Part shown: in pieces, positions 38,061-47,313 of the stretch
Layout of the letters: each line of letters starts with the position of its first letter
Numbering within the stretch: the stretch's first letter is position 1
Source of the DNA: an uncultured Clostridia bacterium
GTDB taxonomy: Bacteria > Bacillota > Clostridia > Christensenellales > UBA1242
Length of the DNA stretch: 64,000 nucleotides
Assembly (NCBI GenBank): GCA_934748015.1
Contig: CAKVHF010000001.1
Coordinates: 188,663 to 252,662, forward strand
Direction of reading: 5' to 3'
Notes under the pieces: generated by a model
What the model saw: the letters and a program-made list of their open reading frames with translations, nothing else
What the model was told of the DNA's origin: nothing
Database searches by the model: none
Translations under genes and position numbers: made by a program

Positions 38061-39848
38061 TTGGAAAAATTTGGTTTTTCTAATACATGGATTAGTGACC
38101 TAAAAGGAAGGGTCAATATTGTTTCTATTGCCAGCAAGTATATCAAGTTAGATAAGAAAGGCAAACAATATTGGGCATGTTGTCCATTTCATTTAGAGAA
38201 GACTCCTTCATTTGCAATCAATGAGATAGAGCAGTTTTTTAAGTGTTTTGGCTGTGGTGTTAGCGGTGATGTAATCAACTTTGTTGAGAAGATTGAGGCG
38301 GTTGACTTCTATGATGCATGCAAGATTTTGGCAAAAGAGTGTAATATGGAGTTGCCAACATTTGACAAAGACAACACCATTGCATTGACTAAACAGAAGA
38401 AAGATACATATCTCAATATTTTGCGAGATTCTGCAAGATACTATTATGGCAATTTGAAGAACCCTAGCAGTAAGCCAGCATTGGATTATATTCAGAAGAG
38501 ACATTTGGATGCCAAGACTGTACTAGATTTTGGCATAGGTTATAGTCTGGGCTGGAATGAAATAGTTACATACTTAAGCAAATTGGGATATTCTAAGGAA
38601 GATATGGTTGCATCGGGTGTGGTGGAGCAGAAGAACGGATCATATTTTGATGCTCAAGCCAAGAGGTTGGTTTTTCCAATAATCAACAGTTATAACGAAG
38701 TAATTGGTTTTAGTGCCAGAATGCTAGAGAATGCGGACTTTGCTAAATATAAGAATACAACCCAGACACTTATATTTGATAAGAGCCGAACAGTGTATAA
38801 TATTAATAACATTAAGAAATTGAAGAATACTGAAGGACTAAAAGAAATAATTATTGTAGAAGGTCAGATGGATGTAATATCTCTTCATCGCAGTGGTATA
38901 CGTAATGCAGTGGCTTGTATGGGTACAGCATTGACGCAATATCATGCTAAGGAGTTGAAGAGATTTACGGACAAAGTCGTTGTGTGCTTTGATGGTGATG
39001 GTGCAGGAATTAAGGCGACTCTGCGTAGTCTTGAGATCCTAGTAGGTGTGGGGCTTAATGTATATGTAGCCTCTCTTCCTGCAGGCGTTGACCCAGACGA
39101 GTTTGTGCTAAAGTATGGCAAAGAGAGTTATGAGGACTTGATAAAGAATGCAAAATATTGGATAGAATATCTAATGTATTATTATAGCCAGAAATATGAC
39201 CTAAAGAAGTTAGAAGAGAAAACAAAATTTGTTGCAGAATGTTTAACTGTTATCAATACTCTATCTAGTGAGAGCGAGAAAGATATATATCTAAGCAAAC
39301 TGCGTGACATGACTAACATTGCAATCAGCGTCCTTAAGGATGATCTAAAGAATATCAAATCTACTAGCATAACTGATGAGGTAGACGAAAATAGTGTTAA
39401 AGGCACTAATGACAGCGTTAATCTTAAGGAAAACGCTTATGTTAAGGCGGTTAAGTTTGTTATATCGGCACTTTTGTTTAAGAAAGAATATGCCAAATTG
39501 GATGAAAATATCAAGGAAAATATCAAGAACGGCGATTATATAAGAATATACGAATATATAGAAAAGCAATATGTTGAGGGCAATGTTCCTAAGGTTTCTA
39601 CTATATTTGACTTGTTTGAGGATGCAACTAATAACTCGGATGTCAATGACATTATCAATTACGAGTTTAGTCCGCAAGAAGACAATGCAAAATATTATCA
39701 GGACTGTGTAAATACACTAACATCTTACGGATTATTGCTTAAGCAGGACGAGTTGTCACGCAGACTTAGACAGACTAGTGATAATAATGAAAAAATGGAA
39801 ATAGCAAGAGAATTGCAGAAACTAATTTCAAAGAGAAAAGGATTATAG
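38061..39848 (+). CDS. dnaG: DNA primase DnaG
   Basis: Zinc-ribbon [12 protein letters not shown]...CFGCG and a TOPRIM domain ([12 protein letters not shown]...[10 protein letters not shown]). TTG start; followed by rpoD. Confidence 0.93.
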   Translation: MEKFGFSNTWISDLKGRVNIVSIASKYIKLDKKGKQYWACCPFHLEKTPSFAINEIEQFFKCFGCGVSGDVINFVEKIEAVDFYDACKILAKECNMELPTFDKDNTIALTKQKKDTYLNILRDSARYYYGNLKNPSSKPALDYIQKRHLDAKTVLDFGIGYSLGWNEIVTYLSKLGYSKEDMVASGVVEQKNGSYFDAQAKRLVFPIINSYNEVIGFSARMLENADFAKYKNTTQTLIFDKSRTVYNINNIKKLKNTEGLKEIIIVEGQMDVISLHRSGIRNAVACMGTALTQYHAKELKRFTDKVVVCFDGDGAGIKATLRSLEILVGVGLNVYVASLPAGVDPDEFVLKYGKESYEDLIKNAKYWIEYLMYYYSQKYDLKKLEEKTKFVAECLTVINTLSSESEKDIYLSKLRDMTNIAISVLKDDLKNIKSTSITDEVDENSVKGTNDSVNLKENAYVKAVKFVISALLFKKEYAKLDENIKENIKNGDYIRIYEYIEKQYVEGNVPKVSTIFDLFEDATNNSDVNDIINYEFSPQEDNAKYYQDCVNTLTSYGLLLKQDELSRRLRQTSDNNEKMEIARELQKLISKRKGL

Positions 39849-39850
39849 AA

Positions 39851-40906
39851 ATGTTGAACGACGGAATAATGAATGATTTACAGTCAATAGTAAAGAAATA
39901 TAGCAAAGATGGTGTCATAACACAAGAACAATTGTGTGATAGATTAATACAACACGACTTGACTTCTAACGAGTACAATGAAGTTGTTGATTATCTTAAC
40001 AACGAGGGTATCACCGTAGAGATGCCAGAGGACGAGATTAAGGATTCCGACCTAAAACAGATTATTAATTCGGTTAAGGTAGATGACCCAGTTAAGATGT
40101 ACTTGAAGGATATCGGAACAGTGCAATTGCTTACTGCCGACCAAGAGGTTGAGTTAGCTAAGAAGATCTTAGAAGGCGATGAGTATGCTAAATCTGAGTT
40201 GTGTGAGAGAAACTTGAAATTGGTTGTGTCAATAGCCAAGAAATATGTTAATCGTAGCAGTATGCAGTTTCTCGATCTTATCCAAGAAGGCAACCTAGGA
40301 TTACTTAAGGCAGTCGAAAAGTTCGATTATACTAAAGGTTTCAGATTTTCGACATATGCAACATGGTGGATTAGACAAGCAATAACCAGAGCAATTGCAG
40401 ATCAAGCCAGAACAATTCGTATCCCAGTACACATGGTTGAAACAATACATAGACTATCTAGAGTAAGCAAACAGTTAATGCAAGAGTTGGGTAGAGATCC
40501 ATCTAATGCAGAGATAGCAGAGCGTATGGGTATAACTGAGCAGAGAGTGTGCGAGATTCAGAAGATTGCACAAGATCCAGTATCTATTGAGAGCCCAGTA
40601 GGCGAAGAAGACGAGAGCAAAATAGGTGATTTCCTAGAAGATGAAAGTACGACATCTCCATCGGATGACGCATCTCAGAGTCTGCTTAAGGTTCAATTGA
40701 TGTCAGTTATCGAGACTTTAACTCCAAGAGAACAGAAGGTTATTAGACTAAGATATGGTCTAGATGACAATCACCCAAGAACCCTAGAAGAGGTTGGCAG
40801 AGATTTCAATGTAACAAGAGAGAGAATAAGACAGATCGAAGCAAAGGCACTAAGGAAGTTGCGTAACCCAAATAGAAGTAAAAAATTAATGGATTATATG
40901 GAATAA
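39851..40906 (+). CDS. rpoD: Primary RNA polymerase sigma factor RpoD/SigA
   Basis: Regions 1.2 to 4.2: [11 protein letters not shown], the rpoD box [55 protein letters not shown], and [27 protein letters not shown]. Confidence 0.97.
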   Translation: MLNDGIMNDLQSIVKKYSKDGVITQEQLCDRLIQHDLTSNEYNEVVDYLNNEGITVEMPEDEIKDSDLKQIINSVKVDDPVKMYLKDIGTVQLLTADQEVELAKKILEGDEYAKSELCERNLKLVVSIAKKYVNRSSMQFLDLIQEGNLGLLKAVEKFDYTKGFRFSTYATWWIRQAITRAIADQARTIRIPVHMVETIHRLSRVSKQLMQELGRDPSNAEIAERMGITEQRVCEIQKIAQDPVSIESPVGEEDESKIGDFLEDESTTSPSDDASQSLLKVQLMSVIETLTPREQKVIRLRYGLDDNHPRTLEEVGRDFNVTRERIRQIEAKALRKLRNPNRSKKLMDYME

Positions 40907-41598
40907 TGAACTCAATCAAATTATCTAAAAGATTGCAAGCAATTGCTAATTGTGTGATTGGCAAAAGGGTCGTTGATGTAGGGTGTGATCATGGCAAAGT
41001 GGCTTATTACCTTATAGCCAATAATATTGCAGAATATGTTGTCTGTACAGACATTAGTGCACCCAGTGTGGCAAAGGCGGAAAAGTTGCTACGAGAAAAC
41101 AAAATAGCAAAAAGTAAATATGATATCAGATGCGGAGATGGTCTTGAGACTGTATCCAGTGCTGACCGTCTAGACACAACGATTATTGCTGGAATGGGCG
41201 GTTATGAGACTATTAAAATATTGCAGAATGCAGGCTTTTTGACAAAAACTCTAGTACTGCAACCACAAAGGAACTGGGTAGATGTCAAGAAATATGTACT
41301 AAGTGTACAATACAGTATTGTGTATGATAGAATAATATTTGATGATGGTAAGTACTATAACATAATTATTTGTCAACTTGATTGCAATAATAGTGATGCG
41401 ATTAATGAGTTTCAGTTGCATTACGGCAAAGACAACTATGTAGGTGATACACAAGACTTTGTGTCTTATTTAGCCTACGAAGAGGAGAAATTACAAAAAA
41501 TACTATCTAAGGTTGCTAAAGATGATAGACAATTAGTTGAGACTATGCTAAACTTAAATAGACAAGCAAAACAAAAATTAGGAGATATTAATGAATAA
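40906..41598 (+). CDS. trmK: tRNA (adenine22-N1)-methyltransferase TrmK-like (class I SAM MTase)
   Basis: LSKRLQAIANCV...VVDVGCDHGKVAYYL N-terminus typical of TrmK/YqfN. Position after dnaG-rpoD matches Bacillus. Confidence 0.78.
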   Translation: MNSIKLSKRLQAIANCVIGKRVVDVGCDHGKVAYYLIANNIAEYVVCTDISAPSVAKAEKLLRENKIAKSKYDIRCGDGLETVSSADRLDTTIIAGMGGYETIKILQNAGFLTKTLVLQPQRNWVDVKKYVLSVQYSIVYDRIIFDDGKYYNIIICQLDCNNSDAINEFQLHYGKDNYVGDTQDFVSYLAYEEEKLQKILSKVAKDDRQLVETMLNLNRQAKQKLGDINE

Positions 41599-42283
41599 CA
41601 TATTACAATATCAAGCCATAGATATGGAATTAGACAAGTTAATTAAGCAGAAGAACACTTTTGAGGAAATCGAGTTGATTGAGAAGATGAAGGGTATTGT
41701 CAAGAATGCACAAAACAATAGTATTAAACTTGACTCCGAGGCAAAAAAGTTGTTGGACGAGTATAACAAATTAAAAGTTTCTTATGATAAGCAACTTAAA
41801 GCAATCCAAAGCCTAATTAATCAAGATGTTAACTCAATGGATCGTGATCAGATCACAGATAACCTTGTTAAAATCAATTCTATCAGTAGCGAACTATTTA
41901 TGATCGAAAGAAATCTAAATATTGTTATAACCAAGATTAGCACTGCTTTGAAAGAATTTGAGAACAACAAGAAGACTGCTGTTATTGCTAAGAATAAGTA
42001 CAAGGATGCTAAGGAAGAGTATAGCAAGAAGGTAAAAGAACTAGAACCGGTTATTGCTAAGAAGATGCAAGATCTTAAATCTCTAGAGTCTAAGCAAGAC
42101 CCTGAGCTATTTGCAAAATACAAAGCATATAAGAATGACGGTATATTCCCAGTATATACTCAACTACAGAATGGCGCATGCGGATATTGCAGAATGGAGT
42201 TGCCTAAGAACAAGTTGGACTCACTTAAGAACTCTAATTATATCGTTTGTGAGCATTGCAGAAGAATAATATTCAATAAATAG
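41591..42283 (+). CDS. Coiled-coil protein with a C-terminal C4 zinc ribbon (DUF164/zf-RING_7-like)
   Basis: Long heptad-like Lys/Glu-rich region. C-terminal CGYC...N18...CEHC. Confidence 0.65.
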   Translation: MNNILQYQAIDMELDKLIKQKNTFEEIELIEKMKGIVKNAQNNSIKLDSEAKKLLDEYNKLKVSYDKQLKAIQSLINQDVNSMDRDQITDNLVKINSISSELFMIERNLNIVITKISTALKEFENNKKTAVIAKNKYKDAKEEYSKKVKELEPVIAKKMQDLKSLESKQDPELFAKYKAYKNDGIFPVYTQLQNGACGYCRMELPKNKLDSLKNSNYIVCEHCRRIIFNK

Positions 42284-42404
42284 GATATATTTATATTTAA
42301 CAAACTATTTTGACTATGTAGTGTGTGTAAGTGTCAATAATACTTTAGGGTATGTGACGCTGTGAGGGAAATATATAATTAAGCCCTATAATGTAGGCGA
42401 TTAC

Positions 42405-42451
42405 AAAAAAAACGACATATTGTAAAAAACAAAACAATATGTCGTTTTTTT
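42405..42451. terminator. Bidirectional intrinsic terminator between convergent genes
   Basis: A-run, ACGACATATTGT, loop, ACAATATGTCGT, T-run. Confidence 0.8.
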
Positions 42452-42501
42452 GTATTATCATTTTATATTATATAATATTGTATAATACTATATTATTTAT
42501 G

Positions 42502-43356
42502 CTATATTTCTGGAGTAAAACTAGCAAATACTATATTGTCAGCATAAGGCAAAACACGTTTGTACTCTTCCTGAGACATAACATTGTACGCTATAACACC
42601 CACAACTTTGTTCTTACGGATGTATTTAGTAGGAAGATCCTTGGCAATATACACAATGAAATCTGCTTTGGATAGCTTAAGATATTTTAATTTCTTCAAC
42701 TTAGATGTCTTGATATTGGCATAAGTCTTGATATCTTTGAAGCAACCACTCTTGATCATGCGTGTGTACCATGGTGCATTGTCGTAGAACCACTCTAGCA
42801 CAAAAGGATTGACAGACATTATTGCAACTCTGCCAGGACAATCATGCTTCTTGCAATATGCATCCAAGATTTGTTCTATCTTAGATTCCATTTTACCCAC
42901 AAACGACTCGTTCATTATCTCAATCACAACAGGAACTTGGTTATCAACAATGTCTAATGCCTCAGCAAGTGTCAATATATGTTCCTTTGTATTTCTTATA
43001 GTCAATTCTTTGATCTCATCATAAGACACATTAGTAACATAAGCATTTAGCCCAGTTGATTCTCCTAGGGACTTGTGCTTAAAGCATACTATTGTATCGT
43101 CCTTAAGGATTTGAACCACAAGATTGATGGCATAGCCAGCCTTGACTGCAGCCTCTATAGCAGGTGCAGTTAGACATGGTGCTTCTTCGCTTACAATCCC
43201 AAATCTAGATATATATTGTTCTAACAACCACTCGTTATGCATGATATCGAAATAGTCGTCTGCAAATTTAATGTCGGTTAGTGCGTTTGCTCTCTGAAGG
43301 GTAAGGATGTCTACTTTGTAAGACTTCCATAAATTTTCGTTGTTGTTTTCTTTCAT
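42502..43356 (-). CDS. Glycerophosphodiester phosphodiesterase (GDPD)-like protein, apparently lacking canonical catalytic residues
   Basis: 284 aa. The layout resembles GDPD (…AIEAAVKAGYAINLVVQILKDDTIVCFKHKSL…VVIEIMNES…), but I could not find the HRG, E/D or H motif positions. Confidence 0.4.
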   Translation of the reverse strand: MKENNNENLWKSYKVDILTLQRANALTDIKFADDYFDIMHNEWLLEQYISRFGIVSEEAPCLTAPAIEAAVKAGYAINLVVQILKDDTIVCFKHKSLGESTGLNAYVTNVSYDEIKELTIRNTKEHILTLAEALDIVDNQVPVVIEIMNESFVGKMESKIEQILDAYCKKHDCPGRVAIMSVNPFVLEWFYDNAPWYTRMIKSGCFKDIKTYANIKTSKLKKLKYLKLSKADFIVYIAKDLPTKYIRKNKVVGVIAYNVMSQEEYKRVLPYADNIVFASFTPEI

Positions 43357-43875
43357 ACTTTATATCCCAAGACCTATAGCACATAGCAATAGGTGTTATT
43401 ATATTTTTACTTGTATACCCACATTTCCGATAATGTGATAGGTGAGTATTTTCCTTGATAGATATTGATGCTTTGCAATATCTTAGGTACATCAACTTAT
43501 GTTTTAATAGCCGTGATGTAATGTTTAGTATAATATAAGTCTGATATTTCTTCAATATTATACTAACACTTTTTTGTCGTTTTTTCCAAACTTTTTTACT
43601 TAATTTTTCAATTATTAACCATTTATTGTCAAAAATTAACCACATTTTGATCATTTTGAGGCAGGTAGTGGCACATTTTTTGATTTTTCTTGAGATTTTC
43701 TATTTGCTATTTGCCGATCTATAATGTATACTTTTAGTCGTATAGATTGCTTATGTAGGTAGCATAGGTAGGTCAATGTATATTATATACAATATTATTG
43801 TGCTATATCATGTTTCACATAATATATGCATTGACTTCAAAGACAAGAGTAGTGACATAATAAAGGAAGAAGAGT

Positions 43876-45675
43876 ATGAGCGAAAGAAGTGACCGAATAA
43901 GAAATTTTTGCATAGTTGCACATATTGACCATGGCAAAAGCACATTGGCAGATAGACTGCTGGAAATTACTGGCACGGTAGCCAAGCGTGATATGACAGA
44001 ACAATTGCTAGACAGTATGGATATAGAGAGAGAGCGTGGAATAACAATCAAGTTGACGCCATCTACCATGAAGTATACTTGTGATGGGGTGGAATATACC
44101 CTTAATCTAATAGATACGCCGGGGCATGTTGACTTTACTTATGAGGTTTCTCGTTCACTAGCAGCATGCGAAGGGGCGATATTGATAGTAGATGCTACTC
44201 AAGGCGTAGAGGCACAGACCCTTGCCAATGTGTATCTTGCTCTGGACAATAACCTAGAGATATTGCCGGTTATCAATAAGATCGATCTACCTAGTGCCGA
44301 TGTAGAGGGTGTCAGAAAAGAGATAGAGGATGTTATTGGCATCCCTGCCGATGTAGCACCTGCTGTTAGTGCTAAGGATGGAACCAATTGCGAAGATGTT
44401 CTTAGACAGATAGTAAAGTATATCCCAGCACCTAAGGGTAACGAAGATGGGGCACTAAGGGCATTGATTTTTGATAGTTATTACGACAACTTCAAGGGTG
44501 CAGTATCGCTAGTGCGTATAGTAGATGGCAAAGTTAAGAAAGGGGATAAGATCAAGTTCTTCCAGACAGGCAATGTTTACGACGTGACAGAGGTTGGTAT
44601 TTTTGAACCTAAGCCTACAGAGAAAGACATCCTAGAAATGGGCGATGTTGGATATATATGTGCCAGCATCAAGAATGTTAACGAAACCAAGGTTGGCGAT
44701 ACTATTACACTTGCTGACGTACCTGCACATGAGGCTTTGCCGGGATATAAAGAGGCTAAACCGGTTGTGTTTAGCGGAATATTCTGCGTAGATGGCTCAA
44801 AATACAATGACCTTAAGGATGCTTTGGAAAAACTTAAACTAAATGATGCTGCTTTAGAATATGAGCAAGAAGTGTCGCAGGCGCTAGGTTATGGATTCAG
44901 ATGTGGATTCCTTGGACTGCTACATATGGAAATCATTCAAGAGAGGCTGGAGAGGGAATACAACCTAGACCTGATCACAACCGCTCCTACAGTTAGTTAT
45001 AGAGTTCACAAGACTAATGGCGAAGTGCTTGATGTGAGCAATCCTGCAGACTTGCCAGAACCTCAGTCAATTGCCTTTACTGAAGAACCAATGATTAGAG
45101 TTAATATCTTTACTCCACCAGAGTATGTGGGAGAGTTGATGCAGTTGTGTCAAGAGAGACGTGGAATACATGTGGATCTACAGTACTTGGATGAAAAAAG
45201 ATGTCAGCTTATATATAAGATACCACTTAACGAGATAGTTTTTGATTTCTTTGATCAACTAAAATCTCGTTCTCATGGATATGCTAGCATGGATTATGAG
45301 ATTGTTGGATATGAACCTAGTGACTTGGTTAAACTAGATATTTTGCTAAATGGCGAAATTTGTGATGCTCTTAGCCTTATTGTTCATCGTGACAAAGCCT
45401 ATGCTAGAGGTAGGGCAATAGCTGAGAAATTGAAAGAAGTCATCCCTAGACAATTGTTTGAGATTCCTATTCAGGCAACTATTGGATCTAAGGTAATAGC
45501 CAGAGAGACAGTAAAAGCTTTGCGTAAAGATGTGTTAGCAAAGTGCTATGGTGGAGATGTAACTCGTAAAAAGAAATTGCTAGAAAAACAAAAACGAGGA
45601 AAGAAAAGAATGAGACAGATAGGTTCTGTTGAGATCCCTAGTGAGGCATTTATGTCCATTCTTAAGATTGACTAG
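43876..45675 (+). CDS. lepA: Translation elongation factor 4 (LepA)
   Basis: [36 protein letters not shown], and the characteristic LepA C-terminal domain. Confidence 0.97.
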   Translation: MSERSDRIRNFCIVAHIDHGKSTLADRLLEITGTVAKRDMTEQLLDSMDIERERGITIKLTPSTMKYTCDGVEYTLNLIDTPGHVDFTYEVSRSLAACEGAILIVDATQGVEAQTLANVYLALDNNLEILPVINKIDLPSADVEGVRKEIEDVIGIPADVAPAVSAKDGTNCEDVLRQIVKYIPAPKGNEDGALRALIFDSYYDNFKGAVSLVRIVDGKVKKGDKIKFFQTGNVYDVTEVGIFEPKPTEKDILEMGDVGYICASIKNVNETKVGDTITLADVPAHEALPGYKEAKPVVFSGIFCVDGSKYNDLKDALEKLKLNDAALEYEQEVSQALGYGFRCGFLGLLHMEIIQERLEREYNLDLITTAPTVSYRVHKTNGEVLDVSNPADLPEPQSIAFTEEPMIRVNIFTPPEYVGELMQLCQERRGIHVDLQYLDEKRCQLIYKIPLNEIVFDFFDQLKSRSHGYASMDYEIVGYEPSDLVKLDILLNGEICDALSLIVHRDKAYARGRAIAEKLKEVIPRQLFEIPIQATIGSKVIARETVKALRKDVLAKCYGGDVTRKKKLLEKQKRGKKRMRQIGSVEIPSEAFMSILKID

Positions 45676-45676
45676 T

Positions 45677-46813
45677 ATGGATAACTTGGGTATATATATT
45701 CACATTCCGTTTTGTCTAAGTAAGTGCAGATATTGCGATTTTAACTCTTTTGCTGGCAAAACACATTTGCAAAAAGATTATCTATTCGCCTTAATTAAAC
45801 AGATAAGAGGCACTGCAGATAGGTGCAAAGGGCGAGAAGTAGACACTATATATATTGGTGGCGGAACACCAAGTTGTATGTTCAATGGTGCTATTCAGAC
45901 AATACTGGCAGAAGTGCGAAAGTATTATAAGATAAGAGATGATGCAGAGATATCTATGGAAGCTAATCCCAATAGCATAACTATGGATAAAGCATTGGAG
46001 TGGCGAAATGCTGGCGTCAACAGAATAAGCGTGGGGCTACAGACTACGAGATCAAGTGCTTTGCAATTAATAGGCAGAACACACACCAAGAAGGACTATG
46101 TCAATGCAATACAGGTGCTTCATAATGCTGGATTTAACAATATCAATACCGATCTTATGATAGGATTGCCTAAGCAGAAGTCATCTGATGTGAGATATAC
46201 CGTAGATCTATGTGCCAAGTTGGGGTGTAAGCATATCAGTTGTTATAGCCTTATATTGGAAGAAAATACACCGCTGTATGCTATGGTTAAAGAAGGTAAA
46301 GTGAAACTGCCTAAAGAAGCTAAGACTATTGGGATGTATAACACTGCATATACTGAGTTAACTAAGTTAGGTTATAATAGATATGAGGTCAGTAACTTTG
46401 CATTGGATGGATATAGGTGTAGACACAACCTTAATTGTTGGAATATGTGTGAGTATCTTGGCTTTGGGGCAGGGGCTTGCGGATATTATGACAATGTAAG
46501 ATATGAGAATACAAAATCTATAGAAGATTATATCAATAAGATTAATAACAACGTAGATCCAATAGTAGATTATGATAAGTGTGATCAATCATCTAATTAC
46601 GAAGAAATGATTATGCTAGGATTGCGAACAACGGATGGCATAACTATAGATAACCTAGATAAGTGCCTAGGATGTGACTTTGTTGAGAAATACAGAGATA
46701 CTATAGATAAGTATCAGAAACTAGGATTGATAGAAATATTGGATGGCAGGCTCCGTGTCACTTCCAAGGGTTTCTTTGTCCTAAATCAGATAATATTAGA
46801 TTTTGTTATGTAA
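45677..46813 (+). CDS. hemW: Radical SAM heme chaperone HemW (coproporphyrinogen III oxidase-like)
   Basis: IYIHIPFCLSKCRYCDF radical SAM motif and GGGTPS. Directly after lepA; ATG 45677 sits 1 nt after the lepA stop. Confidence 0.88.
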   Translation: MDNLGIYIHIPFCLSKCRYCDFNSFAGKTHLQKDYLFALIKQIRGTADRCKGREVDTIYIGGGTPSCMFNGAIQTILAEVRKYYKIRDDAEISMEANPNSITMDKALEWRNAGVNRISVGLQTTRSSALQLIGRTHTKKDYVNAIQVLHNAGFNNINTDLMIGLPKQKSSDVRYTVDLCAKLGCKHISCYSLILEENTPLYAMVKEGKVKLPKEAKTIGMYNTAYTELTKLGYNRYEVSNFALDGYRCRHNLNCWNMCEYLGFGAGACGYYDNVRYENTKSIEDYINKINNNVDPIVDYDKCDQSSNYEEMIMLGLRTTDGITIDNLDKCLGCDFVEKYRDTIDKYQKLGLIEILDGRLRVTSKGFFVLNQIILDFVM

Positions 46814-46814
46814 A

Positions 46815-46848
46815 AACTATCCTATAGATAATATGGGATAGTTTTTTT
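46815..46848 (+). terminator. Intrinsic terminator after hemW
   Basis: AACTATCC pairs with GGATAGTT, followed by a T-run. Confidence 0.75.
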
Positions 46849-46975
46849 ATAAAAATTTGTGAAATATTTAATTTTATTTTGAAAAAATATATGATTGTGA
46901 CATAATATAAGTATGAGGAAAAATGTTTGCATTTATAGTTTAATAAGAGATTTTACATTGTTAAATGTTTTAACA

Positions 46976-47098
46976 ATGGCTTCTTTTAGGCAAGATGTAA
47001 TAGTTCAACGGGGGGTATTACTAGATAATTCTAGTATTATCATAACCGATATAACTCAATATAACGATAATAACAACTTAAGTCGATGGTGTTTCTAG
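46976..47098 (+). CDS. Candidate leader mini-ORF B (40 aa) running through the G6 tract and stopping in the terminator loop
   Basis: ATG 46976 lies at the hairpin foot. It reads ...VQRGVLLDN...NNLSRWCF, with TAG at 47096-47098 in the terminator loop. No clear Shine-Dalgarno. Confidence 0.3.
   Translation: MASFRQDVIVQRGVLLDNSSIIITDITQYNDNNNLSRWCF
47010..47015 (+). repeat. Homopolymeric G6 tract in leader B
   Basis: Counted directly: caac-GGGGGG-tattactagataa. Confidence 0.95.
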
Positions 47099-47118
47099 GC
47101 AACTTAGGTTGTTTTTTC
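47072..47118 (+). terminator. Intrinsic terminator/attenuator in leader B
   Basis: AACAACTTAAGTCG (47072-47085) pairs with CAACTTAGGTTGTT (47100-47113), followed by TTTTT. Confidence 0.7.
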
Positions 47119-47130
47119 GTATTTTTTATA

Positions 47131-47211
47131 GGCTTTGGGCGACCACTGTCGTGATCTAGCGGGCGTTTCCGCCCACCATGCGAGCCTTTTTGGCTCGCAT
47201 GACCCAAAGCC
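47131..47211 (+). ncRNA. GC-rich four-way-junction (cloverleaf-like) element, copy B; class unknown
   Basis: P1 GGCTTTGGG / CCCAAAGCC encloses GACCAC-TGTC-GTGATC, GGGCG-TTTC-CGCCC and ATGCGAGCC-TTTTT-GGCTCGCAT. P1 differs from copy A by a compensatory G:C to T:A change. Confidence 0.5.
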
Positions 47212-47313
47212 CTCGCTTGCTTGTATCAACTATTTTCCCTCAAATAAAAATGTATTGTATACAAAGCAAATATATTTGTACAAAAATAAGAATACGTTAA
47301 AAAAGGAAAAATA

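Larger units (their letters stand above)
46879..47118 (+). promoter_or_regulatory. Conserved leader module, copy B: putative promoter, covarying hairpin, G6 tract, mini-ORF, intrinsic terminator
   Basis: TTGAAA (46879-46884), 16-nt spacer, CATAAT (46901-46906). Hairpin CATTGTTAAA-TGT-TTTAACAATG (46956-46978). G6 at 47010-47015. Terminator at 47072-47118. Confidence 0.55.

Noticed and set aside
42439-42675. 78-aa plus-strand ORF
   Set aside because: It starts inside the bidirectional terminator, overlaps the 3' end of the minus-strand GDPD-like gene, and is a low-complexity AT-rich translation.
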